DNA of 59,880 nt from Minisyncoccota bacterium (GTDB lineage: Bacteria > Patescibacteriota > Minisyncoccia > Phycocordibacterales > CAIJYI01): contig JALNYN010000004.1 in the NCBI GenBank assembly GCA_023229825.1, forward strand, positions 1 to 59,880. Reading direction: 5' to 3'. The notes beneath the pieces are model-generated. The model was not told where the DNA came from and searched no databases. It saw only the letters and a program-made list of their open reading frames with translations. A program made the position numbers and the translations under genes. This document shows, in pieces, positions 16,458 through 25,570 of the stretch (its first letter is position 1; each line of letters starts with the position of its first letter).

Positions 16458-19400
16458 TTATTTCTTCACCGCAAGTGAAAACTCCAGGTTTTCGATCTTT
16501 GAGAACGCGCCTTCAATCCCCTCCGCGAATTCAATAGTCCCGAAAAGCGTGGCTTTTTTGATCTCTTTTTCGAATTTTTTTACGAAAGCCGTCCCCTTCT
16601 CATCGGTCTCGACGACGAGCGTATGGGTTTGGTCGCCGGGATTAAGATTTTCTTTTTTTCGAAGTTCTTGAACATTTCTCGTAAACTCACGGAACATTCC
16701 TTCTTCAAGCAGAGCAGGAGTAATTTCCGTGTCGAGCGCTACTTTTTCGGGCCTGCCCTGCGAAGCCTCGGCGAAGGAGGGAATATCGGCGAAGGCGACA
16801 TCTTTCACATTCACGCGTTCCATAATGAGCGCGAGAAATTCTTTTCCGACAGGAACGAGGAACGAGGTTTTTTCAGAGAGCGGAAGTGTTATTTTTTTGA
16901 GTGGCTGGCGAACCTTCAAACCTCCTTTCGCACGCGCTTCAAGACCGAGAGAAACGATGTTTCGTGTTTTTTCCATGAGTTCGATGATCGGATCGTTCTC
17001 CAGTGTCTCGATGGTCGGCCAGCTTTCAAGGTGTACGCTTTCCTTTCCCATGGCCTGCCCTGAGCGAGCCGAATGGGTTTTCTGGTACGTTTCTTCGGCA
17101 ACGAACGGCATGAACGGGGCGATGATCTTTGAAAATTCTCGGAGTACGAATCTCATGGTTCCCAAAGCGCTTTTTTGCTCGGTATCTTTTCCATCCTTTC
17201 CTTTAATGCGCTCGCGCGAATTTTGGAGGTACCACGTCGAGAGGTCGTCGATAAAAATAGAGATCGGACGCGCCGCTTTTTCAAGCTCATTCTTCTCCAT
17301 CGCGTTCTCCACCTCAACGCGAACTTGTCCGAGCCGCGCGAATATCCATTCATCGAGTATATGAGAGCTTTTCGGAAACGATTCCCCTTCCTCATCGGCC
17401 GTTTGATACAACTCATAAAAAGCCAGAACATTTTCGAGACGAACAATGACTTTTTTGAAAATTTCGTCCACTCCTTTTTCGGAGAAATTGAGGTCCTCCC
17501 CGTGAACGGCGGGAGAAGAAAGCAGGTAATACCGAAGCGCATCGGCGCCGTATTTTTCGGCAACCATCATCGGATCGGGGTAATTCTTGAGGCGTTTGCT
17601 CATTTTTTGGCCGTCTTCCGCAAGAATCAGACCGGTGGTGATGACATTTTTGAATGACGATCTTCCAAAAAGTCCGACGGAAAGCACGAGCATGTTATAA
17701 AACCAGCCGCGCGTCTGATCCACCGCCTCGGCGATAAAATTTGCGGGAAAGTTTTTATGAAACTCATCTTCGTTCTCGAACGGATAGTGAAACTGCGCGT
17801 ATGGCATAGAACCGGATTCAAACCAGCAGTCGAACACTTCTGGAACGCGTTTCATCTGCCCTCCGGAAGCACAGTCGCAGGCAAAAGAAACCTCATCAAT
17901 ATAGGGACGATGAAGATTGAACTCGTAATCGTCGCCGTGCGGATATGGAACGAAAGAAATATCCATGACACCGGCGGTCTTCGCGTAGTCGGGCGTGTTC
18001 GTGCGAAGCTCATGTGCTTCCTCGTCGGTGAGCCCGCGCGACGTCGTATCGAGCATCCAGAGCACGTACTCATGGGTGACAATGAGAATATTCTTTCCTG
18101 TGTATTTTGAATCCGTTTCAAAAAGGAATTCCATCGCACGCATCCTGACATCGTGGATGTTCTCCCCTCCTTCCGGGCGCTTTGAAAAACGTTCCGTGAA
18201 AGAAGAAAAATACGAATGGTATTCATTGACATTCTTGCCGTTGAAATTCCCGGCGTTGATCTCGCGCAGACGCGGATCGAATATGATCTTATCATCGGAG
18301 ATGCCTAGTTTTTCCGCCACTATGGCAAGCGTTTCTTTCGTGCGAAGGAAGTCGGAGGCAAAAACAAGATCGAATTTTTCATTTTTTATTTCCTCCGCCG
18401 TTTCTTCCACTTGCTTTTTTCCTTTTTCGGTAAGATGCGTAGGGTTTTCAACGCGGGAACTCACCGTATTGGTCGCATTGCTTTCTGCTTCGCCGTGGCG
18501 CATGACCTTGTAAGAATTTTTCGGCTTTTTGTGCGCCTTCAGGCATTCTACAGAACCCACCACTTTCAGTTTTTTGCAGGCGTCGCATTTCCAAACGGGA
18601 ATTGGTGCGCCCCAATAGCGAGATCTTGAGATCGCCCAATCGCGCGCACCGAGGAGCCACTTGCCGAATCTGCCCTGCCCCATCGCTTCGGGAACCCAGG
18701 TAACATTTTTATTCGCTTCCACCATTTCATCGCGTATGGCGGTAACTTTTACAAACCATGAAGCGGCGGCGTAATTCAGAAGCGGCGTATCGCAACGCCA
18801 GCACAAAGGATACGAGTGCTCGATCTTTTCCTTTGAAAACAAGGTATTTTGTGCGGCGAGATATTTCAAAACTTCAATGTCAGCCGATTGAGTGTCGCCT
18901 TTTTTCTTCACCGGCATACCTGCGAAATCAGTGACCTCCGGCACGAACGTTCCGTCCATTTTGACATGCTGAATGAATGGCAGATTCCTTTCTTTGCCGA
19001 GGATCATGTCGTCTTCGCCGAACGCGGGCGCGATGTGAACGACGCCGGTTCCCGTTTCGGTCGTCACGAAATCGCCATGATAGATCTTCCAGCCGTTTTT
19101 CCAGTGCGGAATTTTTTTGTCGGAATGAAAATAATCGAAAAGCGGTTTGTACGATTTGCCGATCAGATCTTTGCCCGTGAGTTCTTCGATCATTTCATAC
19201 GCTTCATCTTTAAAAACATCAGCGACGCGCTCCTTTCCGACAATATAGAAGACATCGTCCGTCGAACTTTCGACTTTCGACTTTTGACTTTTGACTTTTA
19301 CATACGCGATCCCTTCACCGACAGCCAGCGCAACATTTCCCGGCAGAGTCCATGGCGTCGTCGTCCATGCCAGAACAAAAGTTCCCGGCTCGTCGACCAG

Positions 19401-20033
19401 TTCGAATTTTGCGGTAACCGAAATATCTTTCACATTCTGATAATTGAGCGTGACCTCGCTCGCGGCAAGGGTCGTTTCACACCGCGGACAAATATGCATC
19501 GGCTTGTATCCTTCATAGATCAGTCCTCTGTCGTACAGCGTTTTAAAAGCCCACCAGATGGATTCGGTGTATTTCCAGTCCATCGTCTTGTAGCTTTTCT
19601 CCATGTCGATCCATCGTCCCATGCGAGGAATGATCTTTTTCCAATCGGCATCATAGCGAAGCACGCTCGCTTTTGCGGCTTCGTTGAATTTTTCAACTCC
19701 GTACGTTTCAATATCTTTTTTGTGTTCCAGCCCGAGCTCTTTCTCAACCAGATTTTCGATCGGCAGTCCATGACAATCCCAGCCCCAAATTCGGCGAACA
19801 TACTGCCCTTTCATGGTGGCATAACGAGGAACAGCGTCTTTAAGAACGCTCTGCAAAAGATGTCCGTAATGTGGCAACCCCGTAGCAAAAGGAGGTCCGT
19901 CATAAAACACGAACGGTTCATTTCCCTGTGTTTGTTCAAGCGATTTCTCAAAAATATGGTTTTCGTTCCAAAAAGCAAGGGTTTTTTCCTCGCGTTCGGA
20001 AACTTTTGATCTTTTAGGTGTTTCTTCGTTCAT
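16458..20033 (-). CDS. ileS: Isoleucyl-tRNA synthetase (type 2) carrying an inserted histidine-phosphatase (PGAM-like) domain
   Basis: PPFATGLPHYGHLL, the CP1 editing region, DCWFESGSMPYAQ, DQTRGWFY, KMSKRLKNYPDP. An insert of about 200 aa carries RHGEAESN...SDFLRTKET...LREINAGNFNG...IVTHEYVL. Start taken at MNEETPK. Confidence 0.95.
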   Translation of the reverse strand: MNEETPKRSKVSEREEKTLAFWNENHIFEKSLEQTQGNEPFVFYDGPPFATGLPHYGHLLQSVLKDAVPRYATMKGQYVRRIWGWDCHGLPIENLVEKELGLEHKKDIETYGVEKFNEAAKASVLRYDADWKKIIPRMGRWIDMEKSYKTMDWKYTESIWWAFKTLYDRGLIYEGYKPMHICPRCETTLAASEVTLNYQNVKDISVTAKFELVDEPGTFVLAWTTTPWTLPGNVALAVGEGIAYVKVKSQKSKVESSTDDVFYIVGKERVADVFKDEAYEMIEELTGKDLIGKSYKPLFDYFHSDKKIPHWKNGWKIYHGDFVTTETGTGVVHIAPAFGEDDMILGKERNLPFIQHVKMDGTFVPEVTDFAGMPVKKKGDTQSADIEVLKYLAAQNTLFSKEKIEHSYPLCWRCDTPLLNYAAASWFVKVTAIRDEMVEANKNVTWVPEAMGQGRFGKWLLGARDWAISRSRYWGAPIPVWKCDACKKLKVVGSVECLKAHKKPKNSYKVMRHGEAESNATNTVSSRVENPTHLTEKGKKQVEETAEEIKNEKFDLVFASDFLRTKETLAIVAEKLGISDDKIIFDPRLREINAGNFNGKNVNEYHSYFSSFTERFSKRPEGGENIHDVRMRAMEFLFETDSKYTGKNILIVTHEYVLWMLDTTSRGLTDEEAHELRTNTPDYAKTAGVMDISFVPYPHGDDYEFNLHRPYIDEVSFACDCASGGQMKRVPEVFDCWFESGSMPYAQFHYPFENEDEFHKNFPANFIAEAVDQTRGWFYNMLVLSVGLFGRSSFKNVITTGLILAEDGQKMSKRLKNYPDPMMVAEKYGADALRYYLLSSPAVHGEDLNFSEKGVDEIFKKVIVRLENVLAFYELYQTADEEGESFPKSSHILDEWIFARLGQVRVEVENAMEKNELEKAARPISIFIDDLSTWYLQNSRERIKGKDGKDTEQKSALGTMRFVLREFSKIIAPFMPFVAEETYQKTHSARSGQAMGKESVHLESWPTIETLENDPIIELMEKTRNIVSLGLEARAKGGLKVRQPLKKITLPLSEKTSFLVPVGKEFLALIMERVNVKDVAFADIPSFAEASQGRPEKVALDTEITPALLEEGMFREFTRNVQELRKKENLNPGDQTHTLVVETDEKGTAFVKKFEKEIKKATLFGTIEFAEGIEGAFSKIENLEFSLAVKK

Positions 20034-20126
20034 AATATCGAATAGTAACACGAAGAGAGCTTTATGGAAATATTGACGGACAAGCCGCGACAATGACTGA
20101 TGACTATGACGACATCATGACCACAG

Positions 20127-20159
20127 CAAAAAAGAACCGCCGCGATAGCTCGCGGCGGT
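20127..20159 (-). terminator. Rho-independent terminator after 20170..20622
   Basis: ACCGCCGCGA-tagc-TCGCGGCGGT followed by a T-run on the minus strand. Confidence 0.7.
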
Positions 20160-20169
20160 GTATTTGCTG

Positions 20170-20622
20170 TTATTTTTTTACGGATGGCGCATATATTGCA
20201 CCCAAGCCGCTTGATTGACGAGTTACATCTAATATATGAACACCCGCAAGTTTAAATAGCCCCTTAAACACATCCCGCGCTGTTTGTTCGTTTTCTTCTA
20301 ATCGCTTCTTTAGCTCCTTCACTTCCGCTTTTTGTTCGTTAAGTTTATTAATGATCATATCGGTCCCCGGAGAAGACGGAAATACACTATAATGACCATC
20401 GGGCTCGCAATTGGGATACTGAGGATCGGTAATCTCAGCAGTACAAGCCGCATGATATTCAACAATCTTTGAAACGATGCGCGATTTGCCGACATCGCCG
20501 ACATAAGTCAAAACACCCTTCCAACAGCCGGTCGGAAAACTTTTTCCTTCGACAACAATATAAACGGTTTCCCCAATTTCGGGAATGTTATTTTGACAAA
20601 ATGTTAAGGTGCCAATACTCAT
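20170..20622 (-). CDS. Hypothetical protein (150 aa) with a C-terminal coiled-coil-like segment
   Basis: Start at MSIGTLTF, preceded by AAGGAGAAAG. No family recognised. Confidence 0.6.
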   Translation of the reverse strand: MSIGTLTFCQNNIPEIGETVYIVVEGKSFPTGCWKGVLTYVGDVGKSRIVSKIVEYHAACTAEITDPQYPNCEPDGHYSVFPSSPGTDMIINKLNEQKAEVKELKKRLEENEQTARDVFKGLFKLAGVHILDVTRQSSGLGAIYAPSVKK

Positions 20623-20730
20623 TTCTTTCTCCTTTTTTGCATGTTTTCTCGACTGAAAAAACACGCGAATCGCGCACTCGCGACCTGGCAAGTACATCAA
20701 TGCGTTTATATCACAAACGAAGTTTTGCGT

Positions 20731-22404
20731 CTACATTTTTTCCGGCGTTGGTATTCCGAGAAGCGTCAGACCATTTTTGAGAACGATCCCGACGGCTTCG
20801 ACGAGCGCGAGGCGATATTCAGTGTGTTCGTTTCCTAAAATTTGATTTTGTTCGTAGTAGGCGTTGAACTCGCGACAGACTTCGGTGAGGTAGGTGGTGA
20901 TGTAGTTCGGGGAGAGTTCTTTTCTGGCGAGAACGACAGCATTCGGCAATCCTTCAAAAAGAGCTTTTTCCAATGCCGATACCGGTTCCCCTAGGGCGGT
21001 CCTCGGGGATTCCCCGAGGACCGCCCTAGGGGAAATTTCCGCTTTTCGCAGGATCGACTGGGTTCTTACGTAGGCGTATTGAAGATACGCGCCGGAATCG
21101 CCTTCGAACGATAAGGCTTTTTCAAAATCAAAAATAATATCTTTTCCGGGAGATTGTTTCAGGATCGAGTATTTTATTCCCGCGATGGCGATCTCTTCCG
21201 CAACTTTTCCTTTGTGTTCGATCTCTCGATCGGCTATCTTGTTCATCACCATAGCGGAAAGCGCGGAAATGAGGGATTCGGCGGTGATGACATCGCCAGT
21301 CCGTGAAGACATCTTCCCTGTCGGCAGGCGCAACATGCCGTGTGAAATATGCTTGGTCCTTTTTTCAAGATCGGGAAAAACAAGCGACATCGCGCGAAGG
21401 AGGACTTGGAAATAATCATTTACTTCGTTCGCGGTGACGATGATCGATTCGTCGTACTGATACGCCTCATTTTTTATTTTCGCCAGTCCCAGTTCTTTCG
21501 CTTCATACGTCGGCAGACCTTCGGAATTGAGAAATACGCGCGTATGCAAACCGTGTTCTTCTCCGGGAAAAATAACGGCACCGTCGCTTTTTTGAAAAAC
21601 TTTTCCAAGATTTTCCTCAACGATCTGCTTGCCAAGTACCCCTGTTTCGCTCTCGAAGAAATAATAGTCGAAATGCGTTCCAAGTTTTTTGTAAATATGC
21701 TCGAAATATTCCAAACTGATCTTTTTTCCTTCGTCGTAGATCTTATTTATTTCCGGATCGCTCCGGTCATAAATTTTCTTATTGATCTCCTGAATTTCAG
21801 TTTTGTGTTCATCATACGCCTGCGCCCCCACAGAATACGCCTTTCCCAAGTCGGCTGCCGTTATCGTCGTGTTATCGGTCATCGTCATCCGTAATCCGTA
21901 TATTGCCTTCGCCACGTGCATGCCGACATCGCCCTGATAACACGCGCGCTTTACTTCGGCGCCGCTTGCGGAAATAATGCGCGAGATCGCCTCGCCGAGC
22001 GTGTTGGTCATTAAGTGTCCCACATGAAATTCCTTGAACGGATTCGGATCGGTATATTCAATGATCACTTTTTTTTCCGCTTCGCTCGAATTCTTGCCGT
22101 ACTCCGTTCCCTTCTCCAAAATCTCGCCTATGTGTCCGCGCACCGTTTCGTCTTTCAAATAAAAATTAATGAATCCCGGTCCGGCAATTTCCATTTTCTC
22201 CACGGCAAAGTTGATCTCCGATCTTCCCAATTCTGAAACCAAAAATTCCGCCAATTCTTTCGGATTCTGCCCGCGATCTCTTGCGTTCATCATCGCGACA
22301 TTCGTCGCATAATCCCCGAAACCTATTGGTTTTTCCACCACAAAATCTCGCGCGTCAGCGCCCAAAATTTTCATTATTTCCTTTCGTATCGTTTCTTTTA
22401 TCAT
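20731..22404 (-). CDS. argS: Arginyl-tRNA synthetase
   Basis: ...FKEFHVGHLMTN (HIGH-like), an anticodon-binding C-terminus ending ...GIPTPEKM. Confidence 0.95.
   Translation of the reverse strand: MIKETIRKEIMKILGADARDFVVEKPIGFGDYATNVAMMNARDRGQNPKELAEFLVSELGRSEINFAVEKMEIAGPGFINFYLKDETVRGHIGEILEKGTEYGKNSSEAEKKVIIEYTDPNPFKEFHVGHLMTNTLGEAISRIISASGAEVKRACYQGDVGMHVAKAIYGLRMTMTDNTTITAADLGKAYSVGAQAYDEHKTEIQEINKKIYDRSDPEINKIYDEGKKISLEYFEHIYKKLGTHFDYYFFESETGVLGKQIVEENLGKVFQKSDGAVIFPGEEHGLHTRVFLNSEGLPTYEAKELGLAKIKNEAYQYDESIIVTANEVNDYFQVLLRAMSLVFPDLEKRTKHISHGMLRLPTGKMSSRTGDVITAESLISALSAMVMNKIADREIEHKGKVAEEIAIAGIKYSILKQSPGKDIIFDFEKALSFEGDSGAYLQYAYVRTQSILRKAEISPRAVLGESPRTALGEPVSALEKALFEGLPNAVVLARKELSPNYITTYLTEVCREFNAYYEQNQILGNEHTEYRLALVEAVGIVLKNGLTLLGIPTPEKM
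20988..21032. repeat. Perfect 22-bp-arm GC-rich palindrome inserted in frame in argS
   Basis: cccctagggcggtcctcgggga t tccccgaggaccgccctagggg is 45 nt (15 codons) and encodes SPRAVLGESPRTALG. Confidence 0.85.
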
Positions 22405-22436
22405 TCTTTAATAATACACGACGAGAAAAAATACGC

Positions 22437-22464
22437 AAAAAAACACCCCGATCCTTCGGGGTGT
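22437..22464 (-). terminator. Rho-independent terminator after 22503..23447
   Basis: ACACCCCGA-tcct-TCGGGGTGT followed by a T7 run on the minus strand. Confidence 0.75.
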
Positions 22465-22502
22465 GTGCGGGAATTCTCCCGTCAATTATTATTTGTTGGT
22501 TG

Positions 22503-23447
22503 TTATTTTACGAAGAGCGATCCATTTTCAAAACATTCTACGAATCTTTGTGCGCGATCTTCATCGAGCGGCGGTTGACGAAATTCGAGATGTTCTTCTT
22601 CCCATGAAGCGTGATATTCTCTCAAACCGGTCGCGAATAATTCGCGCATGATCTTAAAGAGAAGTGAAGTTTCAACGGCTTTTTGAGCATTTTGCAGAAT
22701 GGTAAGACTGTCGTCCAAACCTTTCGTGCCGGCGTTCTCAAAATCGAACGCCGAGCTTCTTACCAGCCCTTGAATAACGAGCATAAGCTGTCCGGAAGAG
22801 ATCATCAGGTAGAGCTTTACCGGCCCTTCGATGAAAACCTCTATGCCTCCGGCGGTAGCTTTCTCGGCCACGGAAGAAAATTGAACGAATTCTTCTTTTC
22901 TTTCCCATGTTTTCAAACTCGCGTATTTCCGGATCAATCCCTCGTCTTCGCTGCCGAAGCTTTTTGCTTGTTGTTTTGCCCATTCATAATGGTCAACAAA
23001 CTCTTTCGCTTTTCTGGCGACGACGTGAATATCACCTTGCACCTCCGTGCTTCTGGCGATAAGCGAGGAAACCATATTGACCGTTTCTTCGAGCTTGAGC
23101 GTTTTCGCGACCAAACCAAAGGCATAGCCGAATGGTGTGGTACGGGTCAAGGTTCGAGCGCCGGTCAAATAGGTATCCCACGCTTTCCTTTCATGGTCCG
23201 GATCTTTGAGCAGCGTAAAGGCAGTGTCATAGGCGTCATCAACGCCGTAAGTGATCACCTGTACCGCTCGCGTGATCTTGTTCCAAAGATCTTTCGCTTC
23301 TTTCGGTTCCAGCCCTTTTGATTGTTCATCAAAATAGGCGTGGGACGCTTTCGCGATCGATCTTTTAAACCGTCCGAGTTCTTCTTTCGCAAGTTCTTCG
23401 AGAACCTCGACGCTCGCGAAGTGGTCGTGAGGAGTATTAGCTATCAT
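22503..23447 (-). CDS. Hypothetical all-alpha protein co-transcribed with the TldD-like peptidase
   Basis: Start at MIANTPHDHF overlaps the upstream stop by 11 nt. No recognisable motifs. Confidence 0.7.
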   Translation of the reverse strand: MIANTPHDHFASVEVLEELAKEELGRFKRSIAKASHAYFDEQSKGLEPKEAKDLWNKITRAVQVITYGVDDAYDTAFTLLKDPDHERKAWDTYLTGARTLTRTTPFGYAFGLVAKTLKLEETVNMVSSLIARSTEVQGDIHVVARKAKEFVDHYEWAKQQAKSFGSEDEGLIRKYASLKTWERKEEFVQFSSVAEKATAGGIEVFIEGPVKLYLMISSGQLMLVIQGLVRSSAFDFENAGTKGLDDSLTILQNAQKAVETSLLFKIMRELFATGLREYHASWEEEHLEFRQPPLDEDRAQRFVECFENGSLFVK

Positions 23448-25560
23448 AAGTATCACCTCTCTTAATGAGCTTATTCTCATCTTTCTTGGAGACCTTATGA
23501 GTTGAGGTATCTACTCCTTTTCCGAGTACATAGTCCCATTCACCTTCGACCGAGAAGCACGAGGTAACCAGGCATACGCCGGCTTGACTTGCGCCCGGTT
23601 CCAGGAATTCTCCTATTTCAGGAATAAAGACCTGTTCCGCAGTCTTTTGACCGCGAAGCACTTTCTTGTGCTCGTTGGTGTAAGACGCAACGATACGAGG
23701 CCATGCGGTAATGCTGCCTCCGGCAAACACGATCTTTTGAAGCAGTATCGCAGGAGCGAACGCTTCAACAGGAACCCATTGGTTGCCTTTGCCATCAAGA
23801 CCTTTTCCGCAATAACCGGTAAACGGATATTTTGCGGTTTCAGAGGAGCCGATCGCAACGATCTTTTCTTGGAAACGCGTAATGTTATCCTGAACCTTGA
23901 TGCCTTTCAGCGGTTTTTCGGTGATCATTCCGTTTTCGATCAAGAAGCAAAGCATGCCGTCAAGCATGAAATCGCCATTTTCAGTGTTTACCCATCCACC
24001 GTTGATGGATTTTATGTAAACGCCTTTGACATTTTTCGGGATGAGCGCAGCCATTCTTTGAACGCTGTTCGGTCCGTCTTCGTCCGGTACGATAACCGTA
24101 GTCGTCATACGAACTTGTGGGATCTTATCGAACGATTCAGAACGCGAACGTCCGGATAAACCGTCTTTCCGCATTCTTTCGCCGAGTTTCGCATCAATAC
24201 TGCTCGCGACTTCTTCGAGTGTGTAGTGATTGTTCAAAGCGCCGACTTTTTGTCCGGCTTCAATGAGCGAAACTTTTTTGCATTCAACGCCGTATTCATC
24301 AAACATAGGCATTGCGCCCCATGAATATTTGACTTTGCGTTTGCCGACATCAAAATTCGGTTCAGCCGTTTCAAACACGTTGAAATGAGGGTGGTCGGAG
24401 ACGCGAGCCCCCATGGTACCCATCAGTTTTACCTTCGCATTAGCGTTATTCTTGTTTTCAATAAGAATATCGCCTTCTTGCGGATGGCCGATGACTTCGT
24501 GAGCGAAGACCGCAGCAGCCTGAGCGGAAAGAATAACATATCCTTCTTTGCCCAATATGCTTGAACCTTCTGCCCGATCGAGATTGAGGGCTTCTTTCGC
24601 CACTCTTTTCGCGAGGCGGGTCACAATATCAAACGGATCTTTGCTGGTGATCAAAGGATTTTTCGCAAGATCTTCCGGAGCCACATCTTCTTTTTCAGGA
24701 ACGCCCCGAGAAAGTATTTCAAGGAATGTGCCGGATGATCCGCCGATCGCGCCGAATGCTTCCGATCCGTTAATGGTTTTCACCTGAATAACGAGCCGCA
24801 TGCGGGGGATCAGAGCATCGATCTCTGTTCCTCTTGAGTCGGAAGTCACCATTCCATCAGTGAATTTTGCGCAGAGCGTTTTCAACTCAGACACTTGCGC
24901 TCCCAATTCTTGAGCAACCACGCTATACGCGTGAGAGGTCAAATTCGCAACCATTTCAAGGTCCGGCTTAGCCTGTGAATCAACATCAACACTGGCTTTT
25001 TTTGCGTCTTCGAAGTAGAGCGGGAAAACCTTGAAGTTTTCTCGGTCGATCTTCTTTTGGACTCCATCGGCCGTTTTTTGCGCAAGAGGGATCACCTGTT
25101 GCAGCAGTTGGTCGACTTTCGCTTTAACCGTGAATTTTTTCGGCATCGTGCGCGCCTTGAGCGATGCGGAGGCGATCTCTCTTGCGAGCGTATGCGCTTC
25201 CGTACGAGTACCGATGGTAAACGCTTGTTTAATTTCTTTCCCTGTTTTCGCGTCATGTTCTTTGGTGGTGAAAGTCATGCCGACCGTGCCGTTGGCATCG
25301 GTTTGGCAGACTGCGCCGTAACGAAATGTTACATAGGCACTGGTGTATTTGATCTCTCTCGCACCCTTGGCGTCCAGATCTTCAATGACGTTATCGCAGC
25401 TTTCCGCGAACGGTCCGGCAAGAGGGCCGTACTCATTCGGACTTTCCTGTTTCTTTGCCTTTTCCGGCAATTTCTTTTCCTGCAGCTGCTTCGCCGGTTT
25501 TTTAGGCTGTTCTTCCTTTTTTTCCGGTTCAGTCACAGGATTTTTTGGATCTTCAGACAT
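23437..25560 (-). CDS. TldD/PmbA-family metallopeptidase with a long K/E/P-rich N-terminal extension
   Basis: HEVIGHPQEGD (the TldD HExxxH-type site) and a C-terminal GYCGKGLDGKGNQWVPV, like the TldD G-x-C-G-K...VPV. 707 aa against about 480 for the typical TldD I recall. Strong RBS AAGGAGGA. Confidence 0.8.
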   Translation of the reverse strand: MSEDPKNPVTEPEKKEEQPKKPAKQLQEKKLPEKAKKQESPNEYGPLAGPFAESCDNVIEDLDAKGAREIKYTSAYVTFRYGAVCQTDANGTVGMTFTTKEHDAKTGKEIKQAFTIGTRTEAHTLAREIASASLKARTMPKKFTVKAKVDQLLQQVIPLAQKTADGVQKKIDRENFKVFPLYFEDAKKASVDVDSQAKPDLEMVANLTSHAYSVVAQELGAQVSELKTLCAKFTDGMVTSDSRGTEIDALIPRMRLVIQVKTINGSEAFGAIGGSSGTFLEILSRGVPEKEDVAPEDLAKNPLITSKDPFDIVTRLAKRVAKEALNLDRAEGSSILGKEGYVILSAQAAAVFAHEVIGHPQEGDILIENKNNANAKVKLMGTMGARVSDHPHFNVFETAEPNFDVGKRKVKYSWGAMPMFDEYGVECKKVSLIEAGQKVGALNNHYTLEEVASSIDAKLGERMRKDGLSGRSRSESFDKIPQVRMTTTVIVPDEDGPNSVQRMAALIPKNVKGVYIKSINGGWVNTENGDFMLDGMLCFLIENGMITEKPLKGIKVQDNITRFQEKIVAIGSSETAKYPFTGYCGKGLDGKGNQWVPVEAFAPAILLQKIVFAGGSITAWPRIVASYTNEHKKVLRGQKTAEQVFIPEIGEFLEPGASQAGVCLVTSCFSVEGEWDYVLGKGVDTSTHKVSKKDENKLIKRGDTYDS

Positions 25561-25570
25561 ATCGTCCTCC

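Noticed and set aside
18849-20009. Long plus-strand ORF (386 aa) and similar long ORFs: 25057..25779, 12550..13155, 53992..54642, 40539..41222, 16729..17364 and the minus-strand alternative frame 47153..47878.
   Set aside because: They lie antisense to, or out of frame within, strongly supported conserved genes (ileS, the TldD-like gene, recO, the DUF1573 gene, mgtA and the M6 protease). They have low-complexity, Arg/Ser/Phe-rich translations and are shadow ORFs.
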